Shown in pieces: positions 1 through 7,981 of a stretch of DNA of 33,466 nt (position 1 is its first letter; each line of letters opens with the position of its first letter). This DNA comes from Rhodobacterales bacterium (GTDB taxonomy: Bacteria > Pseudomonadota > Alphaproteobacteria > Rhodobacterales > Rhodobacteraceae). A program made the translations under genes and the position numbers. Below the pieces are notes generated by a model. The model ran no database searches. It worked only from the letters and a program-made list of their open reading frames with translations, and had not been told where the DNA came from. The stretch covers positions 1 to 33,466 of the forward strand of contig JANLQT010000359.1 of the NCBI GenBank assembly GCA_031368035.1, in the 5' to 3' direction.

Positions 1-1033
1 GGCTTTGGCTAAACTGGTCGAAACCGTTCTGTCCAAGGGCCCGAATGGTGAGGACCCTTCGTCCGCCTCGTCCGTCACGCTGACCGATGACGAACTGGCC
101 AAGATCAAGGCGATGAACGCGACCGCCGCCATCGTCATGCACTACGGCGGAAATGACTGGAGCCGGGCGCAGATCAACGGGTTGCAGACCCAGTTCGCCG
201 CGATGGGGATCAAAGTGATCGCCGTCACCGATGCTGGCTTCAAACCCGAAAAGCAGGTGTCGGACATCGAGACGATCATGGCGCAAAAGCCGTCGATCAT
301 GATCTCGATCCCGACCGATCCGACAGCGACCGCCGCCGCCTACAAGGCCGTCGCCGATGCTGGCGTGAAGATCGTGTTCATGGACAACGTGGCCGCCGGG
401 ATGACGGCGGGCAAGGATTACGTCTCGGTCGTGTCCGCCGACAACTACGGCAACGGCGTGGCTGCGGCGCATCTGATGGCCAAGGCGTTGGATGGCAAGG
501 GCAATATCGGGTTGGTGTTTCACGCCGCCGATTTCTTCGTGACCAAGCAGCGCTACGACGCCTTCAAGACCACGATCACCACGGACTATCCTGATATCAA
601 GATCGTGGACGAACAGGGCATCGGCGGCCCGGACTTTTCGGGCGATGCTGAAAAGGCGGCTGGTGCCATGCTGACCTCTCACCCGGAAATTCAGGGCATC
701 TGGGCGGTTTGGGACGTGCCTGCCGAGGGGGTGATTTCTGCCGCGCGCAACGCTGGCCGCGATGATCTGATCATCACGACCTGCGATCTGGGCGAGAATG
801 TCGCGATTTCGATGGCACAAAACGGCTTTGTCAAAGGTCTTGGCGCGCAGCGACCCTATGACGCGGGCGTGGTTGAGGCGATGCTGGCGGGCTACGGCTT
901 GCTGGGCAAGGCAGCTCCGGCCTTTGTGGCCCTGCCTGCGCTGCCGGTCAGCCATGCCAACCTGCTGGAGGCCTGGAAGCAGGTCTATTCGACCGAGGCA
1001 ACCGACAACGTCAAATCCTCGATGGTCAACTAA
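1..1033 (+). CDS. Sugar ABC transporter substrate-binding protein (RbsB-like), 5'-truncated by the window edge
   Basis: The frame is open to the window edge and no signal peptide is visible. It has periplasmic binding protein type I features (DNYGNG, WAVWDVPAEG) and precedes an ABC ATPase and permease. Confidence 0.9.
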   Translation, partial: ALAKLVETVLSKGPNGEDPSSASSVTLTDDELAKIKAMNATAAIVMHYGGNDWSRAQINGLQTQFAAMGIKVIAVTDAGFKPEKQVSDIETIMAQKPSIMISIPTDPTATAAAYKAVADAGVKIVFMDNVAAGMTAGKDYVSVVSADNYGNGVAAAHLMAKALDGKGNIGLVFHAADFFVTKQRYDAFKTTITTDYPDIKIVDEQGIGGPDFSGDAEKAAGAMLTSHPEIQGIWAVWDVPAEGVISAARNAGRDDLIITTCDLGENVAISMAQNGFVKGLGAQRPYDAGVVEAMLAGYGLLGKAAPAFVALPALPVSHANLLEAWKQVYSTEATDNVKSSMVN

Positions 1034-1039
1034 GACCCT

Positions 1040-1067
1040 GCGCGGGCGGATGCTCCCCCGCCCGCGC
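1040..1067 (+). terminator. Intercistronic hairpin after the binding-protein gene (mRNA stabiliser or partial terminator)
   Basis: Perfect 10-bp stem GCGCGGGCGG/CCGCCCGCGC with an 8-nt loop, followed by CCCTTTT. Confidence 0.6.
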
Positions 1068-1084
1068 CCCTTTTCAGGAGAGAG

Positions 1085-2257
1085 ATGATGACCAAAGTGA
1101 TGAACGTCGCCATGATCGGCGGCGGGTTCATGGGCAAGGCCCATGCCATGGCATACGCGGCGATGCCGATGTTCTTCTGGCCCGCACCCGCCATTCCGCA
1201 CCGCAAAGTTGTGGTGGATGTGACAGACGGGGCCGCCGAAACAGCCCGCCAGCGCTTCGGCTTTGACGAGGCGTCGTCAGACTGGCGGGCTGTGGTGGCC
1301 CGACCTGATATCGACGTGGTGGACATCTGCACCCCCAACAATGTCCACGCCGAGATTGCGATTGCCGCAGCCGCTGCCGGCAAGCACATCATCTGCGAAA
1401 AGCCCCTTGCCCGCACGGTGGAAGAAGCCCGCGCCATGGCTGCGGCGGTGCGCAAAGCCGGGGTGATCCACATGGTCGCCTTCAACTATCGCCGGACGCC
1501 CGCGGTGGCGCTGGCCAAGAAATACATCGACGAAGGGCGGATCGGCCGCATCCTGAACTTTCGTGGCACCTATCTGCAAGACTGGTCAGCGGATGAGAAT
1601 GGCCCACTGTCCTGGCGCTTTCAGAAGAAGATTGCGGGATCAGGTTCGGTCGGTGACATTGGCACCCATGTGGTTGACCTGGCGCATTATCTGGCTGGCC
1701 CCATCGCCGCCGTGAACGCGCTGACGCGCACCTATGTCAAGACCCGGCCCATCCAGCAAGGCGGGGTCGACAAGCTTGGCGCGTCCGAGAAATCGGCGGG
1801 TGCCGAACGGGCCGAGGTGGATGTGGATGACGAAGTCGTCTCGATGCTGAAATTCGAAAGCGGTGCCATCGGCTCGCTGGAGGCCACTCGCAACGCCTGG
1901 GGACGCAACAACTTCATCACGCTGGAGATTCACGGCACCAAAGGCTCCATCGCATTCAACTATGAACGCCGGGACGAGTTGCAGGTGATGTTTGCCGATG
2001 ATCCGGCAGATGCACGCGGCTTCCGCACAGTTTATACTGGCCCTGCCCATCCCTATGGCCAAGGCCTTTGGCCGATCCCCGGCCTTGGCATCGGCTATTC
2101 CGAAACCAAGATCGTCGAATGTCACGACTTCTTCAGCGCCATCGTCTCAGGCAAGCAACCCAGCCCCAACTTCGATGACGGGCTGGCCTGCGAGTTGGTG
2201 GCCGACGCGCTGTTGCGGTCTGGCGAAACCGGGCTGTGGGAGAGCGTGGGCAAATGA
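1085..2257 (+). CDS. lgdA: Levoglucosan dehydrogenase-like Gfo/Idh/MocA NAD-dependent oxidoreductase
   Basis: Has GGGFMGKAH, CEKP and GDIGTH motifs. The segments AYAAMPMFFWPAPA, AFNYRRTPAVALAKKYI, YLQDWSAD and GFRTVYTGPAHPYG..LWPIP match the characterised Pseudarthrobacter levoglucosan dehydrogenase as I recall it. 390 aa; RBS CAGGAG. Confidence 0.85.
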   Translation: MMTKVMNVAMIGGGFMGKAHAMAYAAMPMFFWPAPAIPHRKVVVDVTDGAAETARQRFGFDEASSDWRAVVARPDIDVVDICTPNNVHAEIAIAAAAAGKHIICEKPLARTVEEARAMAAAVRKAGVIHMVAFNYRRTPAVALAKKYIDEGRIGRILNFRGTYLQDWSADENGPLSWRFQKKIAGSGSVGDIGTHVVDLAHYLAGPIAAVNALTRTYVKTRPIQQGGVDKLGASEKSAGAERAEVDVDDEVVSMLKFESGAIGSLEATRNAWGRNNFITLEIHGTKGSIAFNYERRDELQVMFADDPADARGFRTVYTGPAHPYGQGLWPIPGLGIGYSETKIVECHDFFSAIVSGKQPSPNFDDGLACELVADALLRSGETGLWESVGK

Positions 2258-3828
2258 CCTCTGCTGTCGTCATGAAGGGGATTTCCAAGGCTTTTGGCGG
2301 TGTCAAAGCCCTGGACAACGTGGATTTCGAGGTTCGCCCAGGTGAAGTTCACGCCCTTCTTGGCGGCAACGGTGCGGGAAAGTCCACCATTCTCAAGGTC
2401 TTGAACGGCGTCCACAAGCCGGACGCCGGATCGATTGTGGTCGGGGGCACGCCCCTGACCACCCACACGCCCGAAGCCTCCCGCGCCGCTGGGATTGCGA
2501 TGAACTTTCAGGAGATGAGCCTGATCCCCACGTTGACCGTGGCGCAGAACATTTTCCTTACCCGCGAAGCGCGCACCGCGCGCGGGTTTCTGGACGATGC
2601 CGCTTGCGAGGCCAAAGCTGCCCAGATTTTCGCCATGCTGGAGGTCAAGGTCGACCCCACGGCCTTGGTGGGCAACCTTGGCGCTGGGCAAAAGCAACTG
2701 ACCGAGATTGCCAAGGCGATCAGCCAGACCTCCAAAGTCCTGATCCTTGATGAACCCTCAACCGCCTTGGCCGTGTCGGACGTGGAGCGTCTTTTCACCT
2801 TCCTGCGCAAACTGAAGTCGCAAGGGGTGGCCATCATCTATGTCAGCCACCGCATGGATGAGATCGCCCGCATCGCCGACCGCGCCACCATCCTGCGCGA
2901 CGGCAAGCATGTCATCACCGCCGCGATGGCCGATCTGCCCATTGACGTGATGATCGAACATATCGTCGGCAAACGCTCAAAGGGGTTGGCCGACGTGCAC
3001 CGGGGTGATGCTTCGCGCGGCGAGGTTTTGCTTGAGGTCCGCAACCTGACCGGCCCGCACAAACCTGACAATGTAAGCTTCACCCTGCACCGGGGCGAGG
3101 TTCTGGGTCTGGCGGGGCTTCTGGGATCTGGCCGTTCGGCACTGGCCCGCGTTATCGCCGGGGTGGAACCCGCCGTGTCGGGCGAGATCCGCATCAAGGG
3201 CCAGCCCGTGGCCATCCGCAAACCTTCTGACGCCATTCGCGCCGGGGTAGCACTGGTCCCCGAAGCGCGGGCCACGCAGGGCATCATTCCCGCCCATTCG
3301 GTGGCCACCAACATGGTACTGGCGGTTCTGGACCGCATTTCTGACAAGGGCGTCGTGGACCGGCAGAAGGCCAAAGCGATCACCGATGACATGATCCAGC
3401 GGCTGTCGATCAAAACCGCCAGCCGGGATCACGCCGTCTCGACGCTTTCAGGCGGCAATCAGCAAAAGGTGGTGATCGGCAAATGGCTGGCAACCGACCC
3501 TGACATTCTGGTGCTGGATGAACCCACCGCTGGCATCGACATCGGCTCAAAGTCGGAAATCATCCGGCTGGTCCGCGACCTTGCCGCGCAGGGCAAGGGG
3601 ATCGTGATGATTTCATCGGAACTTTCGGAACTTCTGACCGCCTGCGATCGCATCCTCGTGATGGCCGACGGCCGCGCGCATCAGATGATCGACCGTGTCA
3701 CGCTGGACGATGTGACCGAGCCTGACGCGGGCCACCGCTTGCAAGCGGCCGAGCGTCAGTTGCAGATCGAAATTCAAAAAGCCCTCGCCGCTGAAATCCC
3801 ACAGACACAGGAGGTGTCCCATGGCTGA
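2254..3828 (+). CDS. Sugar ABC transporter ATP-binding protein (two-domain RbsA/MglA type)
   Basis: Walker A GGNGAGKST, ILDEPS, LSGGNQQKV and LDEPT. ATG at 2254 overlaps the upstream stop (ATGA). Confidence 0.95.
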   Translation: MTSAVVMKGISKAFGGVKALDNVDFEVRPGEVHALLGGNGAGKSTILKVLNGVHKPDAGSIVVGGTPLTTHTPEASRAAGIAMNFQEMSLIPTLTVAQNIFLTREARTARGFLDDAACEAKAAQIFAMLEVKVDPTALVGNLGAGQKQLTEIAKAISQTSKVLILDEPSTALAVSDVERLFTFLRKLKSQGVAIIYVSHRMDEIARIADRATILRDGKHVITAAMADLPIDVMIEHIVGKRSKGLADVHRGDASRGEVLLEVRNLTGPHKPDNVSFTLHRGEVLGLAGLLGSGRSALARVIAGVEPAVSGEIRIKGQPVAIRKPSDAIRAGVALVPEARATQGIIPAHSVATNMVLAVLDRISDKGVVDRQKAKAITDDMIQRLSIKTASRDHAVSTLSGGNQQKVVIGKWLATDPDILVLDEPTAGIDIGSKSEIIRLVRDLAAQGKGIVMISSELSELLTACDRILVMADGRAHQMIDRVTLDDVTEPDAGHRLQAAERQLQIEIQKALAAEIPQTQEVSHG

Positions 3829-4777
3829 CGCAGTCCCCTCGCCGATGGGCGGTTTCTTTACCAACTGGCGGCAGAACATCATCTACATCGGCTTTGTGCT
3901 GATCTTCGTGGTCTTCGCCCTGACGCTGAGCCAGAAGGGGTTTCTGAACCCGACCAACCTTCTGAACATCATCCGCCAAACCGCCATGATCGCCGTCATG
4001 GCGGTGGCGATGACCTTTGTTCTGGCCTCGGGTGAGATTGATCTGTCCATCGGCGCGGTGGCGGGTTTGGCAACCGTGACCGTCGCAATGGTGATTGCTG
4101 TGGCGGGGCCGGTGGCGGGCGTGCTGGCCGGGATTGCCACGGGCATAGCCGTGGGCTGCTTCAACGGGTTTCTCACCACACGTGTGGGTATCCCGTCGTT
4201 CCTGACCACGCTGGCCATGATGGGCATCGCCAAGGGTGTCGCCATGTGGATATCAGCCACCGCCGCCGTGCCGATCCTGTCGCCGAACTATTCCTGGGCG
4301 TTCGGTGGCGGCTCCATCGGTCCGATCCCGGTTCTGCTGTTCTGGATGCTGGTCGTCGGTGCCGTCGGCCACTTCGTCCTGCGCCGCACCGGCTTTGGCC
4401 GCAGGGTTCTGGCCACCGGAGGCGGAGAAACCGCAGCGCGCTATTCGGGCATCGACACCGCGAACATCAAGTTCAAGGTGCTGGTACTGTCCTCTACCGC
4501 CGCCGCCCTTGCGGGGATGCTCTACGCCGGACGCCTGCAATCGGGCCGCTTCCAATTGGGTGAGGGCGACGAGTTGTCCGTCATCGCCGCAGCGGTGCTT
4601 GGTGGCACCAGCCTGTTCGGCGGCAAGGGCACCGTTGTCGGCACCATCGTCGGTGCCCTGATGATCGGCCTGATCAACAACGGCCTGATCCTGATGGGGC
4701 TGGAGTTCAGCCAGCAACTGATCGCACGCGGCGCCATCATCATCCTCGCCGTCGCCCTGAGCCAGAAAAGGGTCTGA
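3821..4777 (+). CDS. Sugar ABC transporter permease (RbsC-like)
   Basis: Hydrophobic; GEIDLSIG, IPSFLTTL and IAAAVLGGTSLFGGKG motifs; RBS GGAGG. Confidence 0.95.
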   Translation: MADAVPSPMGGFFTNWRQNIIYIGFVLIFVVFALTLSQKGFLNPTNLLNIIRQTAMIAVMAVAMTFVLASGEIDLSIGAVAGLATVTVAMVIAVAGPVAGVLAGIATGIAVGCFNGFLTTRVGIPSFLTTLAMMGIAKGVAMWISATAAVPILSPNYSWAFGGGSIGPIPVLLFWMLVVGAVGHFVLRRTGFGRRVLATGGGETAARYSGIDTANIKFKVLVLSSTAAALAGMLYAGRLQSGRFQLGEGDELSVIAAAVLGGTSLFGGKGTVVGTIVGALMIGLINNGLILMGLEFSQQLIARGAIIILAVALSQKRV

Positions 4778-4778
4778 G

Positions 4779-5075
4779 ATGTACACGATCACCGGCACCG
4801 TCACCGCCCGCCCGGAAACCCGTGTAGAGTTGCAAGAGTTGCTGATGGCACAAGTGGCCCCGACCCGTGCAGAACCCGGCTGCATCAACTACGACTTCCA
4901 CGTCGATGCCGCCGACCCTTGCATCTTTGTCTTTTACGAAAATTGGACCAGCCGGGCCGCGTTGGACACCCATCTTGCGATGCCTCACCTCCAGCCGCTG
5001 TTCTCGCAGCTTGACCGACTTTTGGCCCTACCAGTGGACATCCGACCACTGGCAATGCTCAGCATGCCCGCATGA
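4779..5075 (+). CDS. ABM-family (putative quinol monooxygenase, YgiN/LsrG-like) protein
   Basis: 98 aa with TRAEPGCINYDFH...FVFYENW.S..ALD.HL..PH, typical of the ABM domain; starts 1 nt after the permease stop. Confidence 0.88.
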   Translation: MYTITGTVTARPETRVELQELLMAQVAPTRAEPGCINYDFHVDAADPCIFVFYENWTSRAALDTHLAMPHLQPLFSQLDRLLALPVDIRPLAMLSMPA

Positions 5076-5076
5076 C

Positions 5077-5107
5077 AGGGGGCCGGGCGGTTTCGTTCCG
5101 GTCCCCT
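5077..5107 (+). terminator. GC-rich hairpin at the end of the first operon
   Basis: AGGGGGCCGG...CCGGTCCCCT stem (one G-U pair) immediately after the stop codon; weak U-tail. Confidence 0.45.
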
Positions 5108-5447
5108 TGCCATTGTGCAAAGCAGAATTCACTGCGCAGCCAATTCAACACTGAGTTAGGCAATTTTGCGCTACTCAACCTCACGAGAGATCGGCCCTTG
5201 GCCCCTTTGATCAGGCAAGATCTGTCGATTTCAGCCGTAGAGTTCACGTCACGAATACCAAGAAGTTCGCCCTCTGAGTGACAGCAACGGGCCGACGTTG
5301 ACCTGGATTTCCGTTCGAGTGACCGGGGCCGAAAGCTTGGAAGCTCTAAATCGACACACGGACCAAAAGCGCCGGAGTCGGGATCGATCGGGCGTCCGCA
5401 CCGCGCCCTGGTTGCTCAGAGAACGTGCTGAGACAGAGTGTCCGCTA

Positions 5448-6938
5448 TCAATGCACCGCCGCATACATGATCTTCTGCTCTGTCGCCTCGGACGGGGTGA
5501 ATTCCTCGACGATCCGGCCCTGTCGCGCCACCAGGATGCGGTCGGACAGGTTCAGGATTTCCGGCAGATAGGACGAGATCACCATCACCGCCAGCCCGTC
5601 ATCGGCAAGATTTTGGATCAACTGGTGAATCTCGGCAATCGCCCCCACATCGACCCCGCGCGTGGGTTCGTCGAAGATCACCATACGCGGCTTTTGCACA
5701 AGGGATTTGGCAATGACCACCTTTTGCTGATTGCCACCCGACAGTTCGATCACCCGCGCGTCGGCGTTTATGGTCCTGATGTTCAGCTTGCCGCGCCACG
5801 CCTCGGCGAGGGTCGCCATTTCGGCATGGCTGACAATCGGCGGGCCTGCTGCCGCGAGCCTTCCAAGGTGCAGGTTCTGCGCGATCGACATCTGGTCGAA
5901 GAAGCCTTCCAGCTTGCGGTCTTCGGTCACATAGACCACGCCGTCCAACACGGCATGACGGGGCAGGCGGTAGGTGACGGGACGGTCCATCAGCCGCACC
6001 TCGCCGCCGTTGAAGAAGTTGCGCTTCAAGACGCCGGCAACGATCTTGGCGGCCTCGGTCCGGCCCGAGCCGATCAGGCCGAAGACCCCGGTGACCTGGC
6101 CCGCATAGATGGTGAACGAGGTGTTGCGCACCATCGCGCCCATCGACAGGTTCTGCACCGACAGCACCTTGGCCCCTGCCGCGCGCACGCGGCCCGCGTG
6201 GCGTTGATACAGCGCGCCTGACAGGGTGCGCCCGACCATGGCCTGGATGACCTTGTCCCGGTCAAAGGCGCGGGCCTGATCGGTCACCACCAGTTCACCG
6301 TCGCGCAGGATGGTGATGCGGTCGGCGATCAACAGCGCCTCTTCGATGGCATGGCTGATGAACACGATCGCTACGCCGTCCTGTTTCAGGCGCTGCACGA
6401 GGGCGAAGAAATAGCGCTTTTCCTCGGGCGTCAGGGTCGCGGTCGGTTCGTCGAAGATGATCAGCCGGGCCTTTTGCAACACGGCGCGGGCGATTTCGAC
6501 CATCTGTTTTTGCGCGGCGCCAAGGCCCGAGACCATGGCCAGGGGATCGACGTTGAAGTTCAAGGTTTGCAGGAATTGCTGGGCAGCAATCGTCAGGCCG
6601 CGCAGGCGGTTGTAGCATTTCTCGTTCCCAAGATAAAGGTTCTGCGCCACGGTCATTGACGGCACGAGGCTGGTTTCCTGAAACACCATCGCCACGCCAT
6701 GCGCCAGCGCCTCGGACGGAGAGCGGAAGACGGCCTCGTGTCCGTCGATCTTCAAGCTGCCGGAACTGGGGCTGGTGACCCCGGCGATGATCTTGGTCAG
6801 CGTGGATTTGCCCGCGCCGTTTTCGCCCAGAAGCGCGTGGATTTCGGCAGGCATCACGGTGAAGGTCACGTTCTTCACCGCCGGAACGCCGCGATATTCC
6901 TTGGTGATGGCGGTCATTTCGACCAGGGGCGGGGTCAT
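5448..6938 (-). CDS. Sugar-type ABC transporter ATP-binding protein
   Basis: GENGAGKST, IFDEPT and LSGGNQQKVV. Start MTPPLVEM at 6938 overlaps the upstream stop (ATGA). Confidence 0.95.
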   Translation of the reverse strand: MTPPLVEMTAITKEYRGVPAVKNVTFTVMPAEIHALLGENGAGKSTLTKIIAGVTSPSSGSLKIDGHEAVFRSPSEALAHGVAMVFQETSLVPSMTVAQNLYLGNEKCYNRLRGLTIAAQQFLQTLNFNVDPLAMVSGLGAAQKQMVEIARAVLQKARLIIFDEPTATLTPEEKRYFFALVQRLKQDGVAIVFISHAIEEALLIADRITILRDGELVVTDQARAFDRDKVIQAMVGRTLSGALYQRHAGRVRAAGAKVLSVQNLSMGAMVRNTSFTIYAGQVTGVFGLIGSGRTEAAKIVAGVLKRNFFNGGEVRLMDRPVTYRLPRHAVLDGVVYVTEDRKLEGFFDQMSIAQNLHLGRLAAAGPPIVSHAEMATLAEAWRGKLNIRTINADARVIELSGGNQQKVVIAKSLVQKPRMVIFDEPTRGVDVGAIAEIHQLIQNLADDGLAVMVISSYLPEILNLSDRILVARQGRIVEEFTPSEATEQKIMYAAVH

Positions 6939-7981
6939 GGCTGCACCTCGGTCAGGGACAGGATCGCGTGGCCGCCCTTGCTGGTCACCAGAACCCGGTC
7001 GCCAAAGTGCAAGGCCGAGGTGACGCCGTGGAAACGGCCATCGGCGCGGCTGTGATAGCTGGCGATGGGCCGGAAATCGGCGTCCAGCCGCACCAGAAGG
7101 CCATAGGACCGCGTCGGCGCCCAGGGCTTGATGATGCCATGGGTGCGGATGGCGCCGCCTTGCAGGGGTTCGTTGAAATCCACAGCAGGAGACAGAGAGG
7201 GGGCGATCCAGTGGCCTGGGTCCACCTCGCGCATCATGCGGGTGCGGTAGGCAGGTTCGCGCAGGACCAGTTCGATCAGTTGGTTTCTCGGGGCGAAGAC
7301 CGGCAGCCACCAGCCACCGGGGGCGGGGGACAGGCGCGCAGGATAGCCGGGCAGGTCGGTGATCAGGGGGGTGCCCGATTGGGTCAGGCGGTGCTTCCAA
7401 GCCTCGACTACCACGACCCGCTCGCCTGCGAGCGCCGCTCCGATGGGCCAGGACAGGCCATCCGCCAGCTTTTGCAGGGTGCCGTCCGCGACCGACAACG
7501 CCCAGACCGAGCCGGAGGTCCCGGCTTGCAGCAGATCGCGCTTCCAGTCGGCGGTGGGGTTTTGGGCAGAGCCGATGCAGACGATCAGGCGGCCCGCGCC
7601 GCCGGGGGCCAAAGCGGTGATGCAGGCGCCGGGGGCCTTGACGGTGCGGTCGGTCTCGCCGGTCAGGATCAGGCTGCCGTCGGCCAGCCCGATTGCCAGA
7701 GTGGCGTCAATCACCGCCATGGCCGTCACCTCGGCGGGGCAGCGCCGCCATTCGGCGGCGACCCCAGTGGCGGGGTCCAGCGCGTGAAGGACAGCACCGG
7801 ACGAGAACAGCACCTGGCCCCGGAACAGGACCAGATTGTCTGGGGCGGCGATTCGGGCCACTACCGTAGCGTCCTCTAGCAGGGTATTCGGCCGCAGCGC
7901 CCCGTCCATCGGCGGCACGGTGGCGGCAAAGGCGCCGCGACCGCGGAACCGGTCAATGCGGCTGGTAAGCCAGGCCATCAT
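6935..7981 (-). CDS. Strictosidine-synthase-like beta-propeller protein with degenerate metal ligands
   Basis: Motifs LADGLSWPIG, VVEAWKHRL, LITDLPGYPARL and HGVTSA parallel the SSL domain of the upstream fusion. ATGA-coupled on both sides. Confidence 0.8.
   Translation of the reverse strand: MMAWLTSRIDRFRGRGAFAATVPPMDGALRPNTLLEDATVVARIAAPDNLVLFRGQVLFSSGAVLHALDPATGVAAEWRRCPAEVTAMAVIDATLAIGLADGSLILTGETDRTVKAPGACITALAPGGAGRLIVCIGSAQNPTADWKRDLLQAGTSGSVWALSVADGTLQKLADGLSWPIGAALAGERVVVVEAWKHRLTQSGTPLITDLPGYPARLSPAPGGWWLPVFAPRNQLIELVLREPAYRTRMMREVDPGHWIAPSLSPAVDFNEPLQGGAIRTHGIIKPWAPTRSYGLLVRLDADFRPIASYHSRADGRFHGVTSALHFGDRVLVTSKGGHAILSLTEVQP

Noticed and set aside
5298-6221. 307-aa plus-strand ORF
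   Set aside because: It is an antisense shadow of the ABC ATPase with no recognisable motifs.
6939-7400. 154-aa N-terminal extension of the ATPase given by the ORF track
   Set aside because: It overlaps the propeller gene in another frame and is Pro/Arg-rich noise; the ATGA-coupled start at 6938 fits better.
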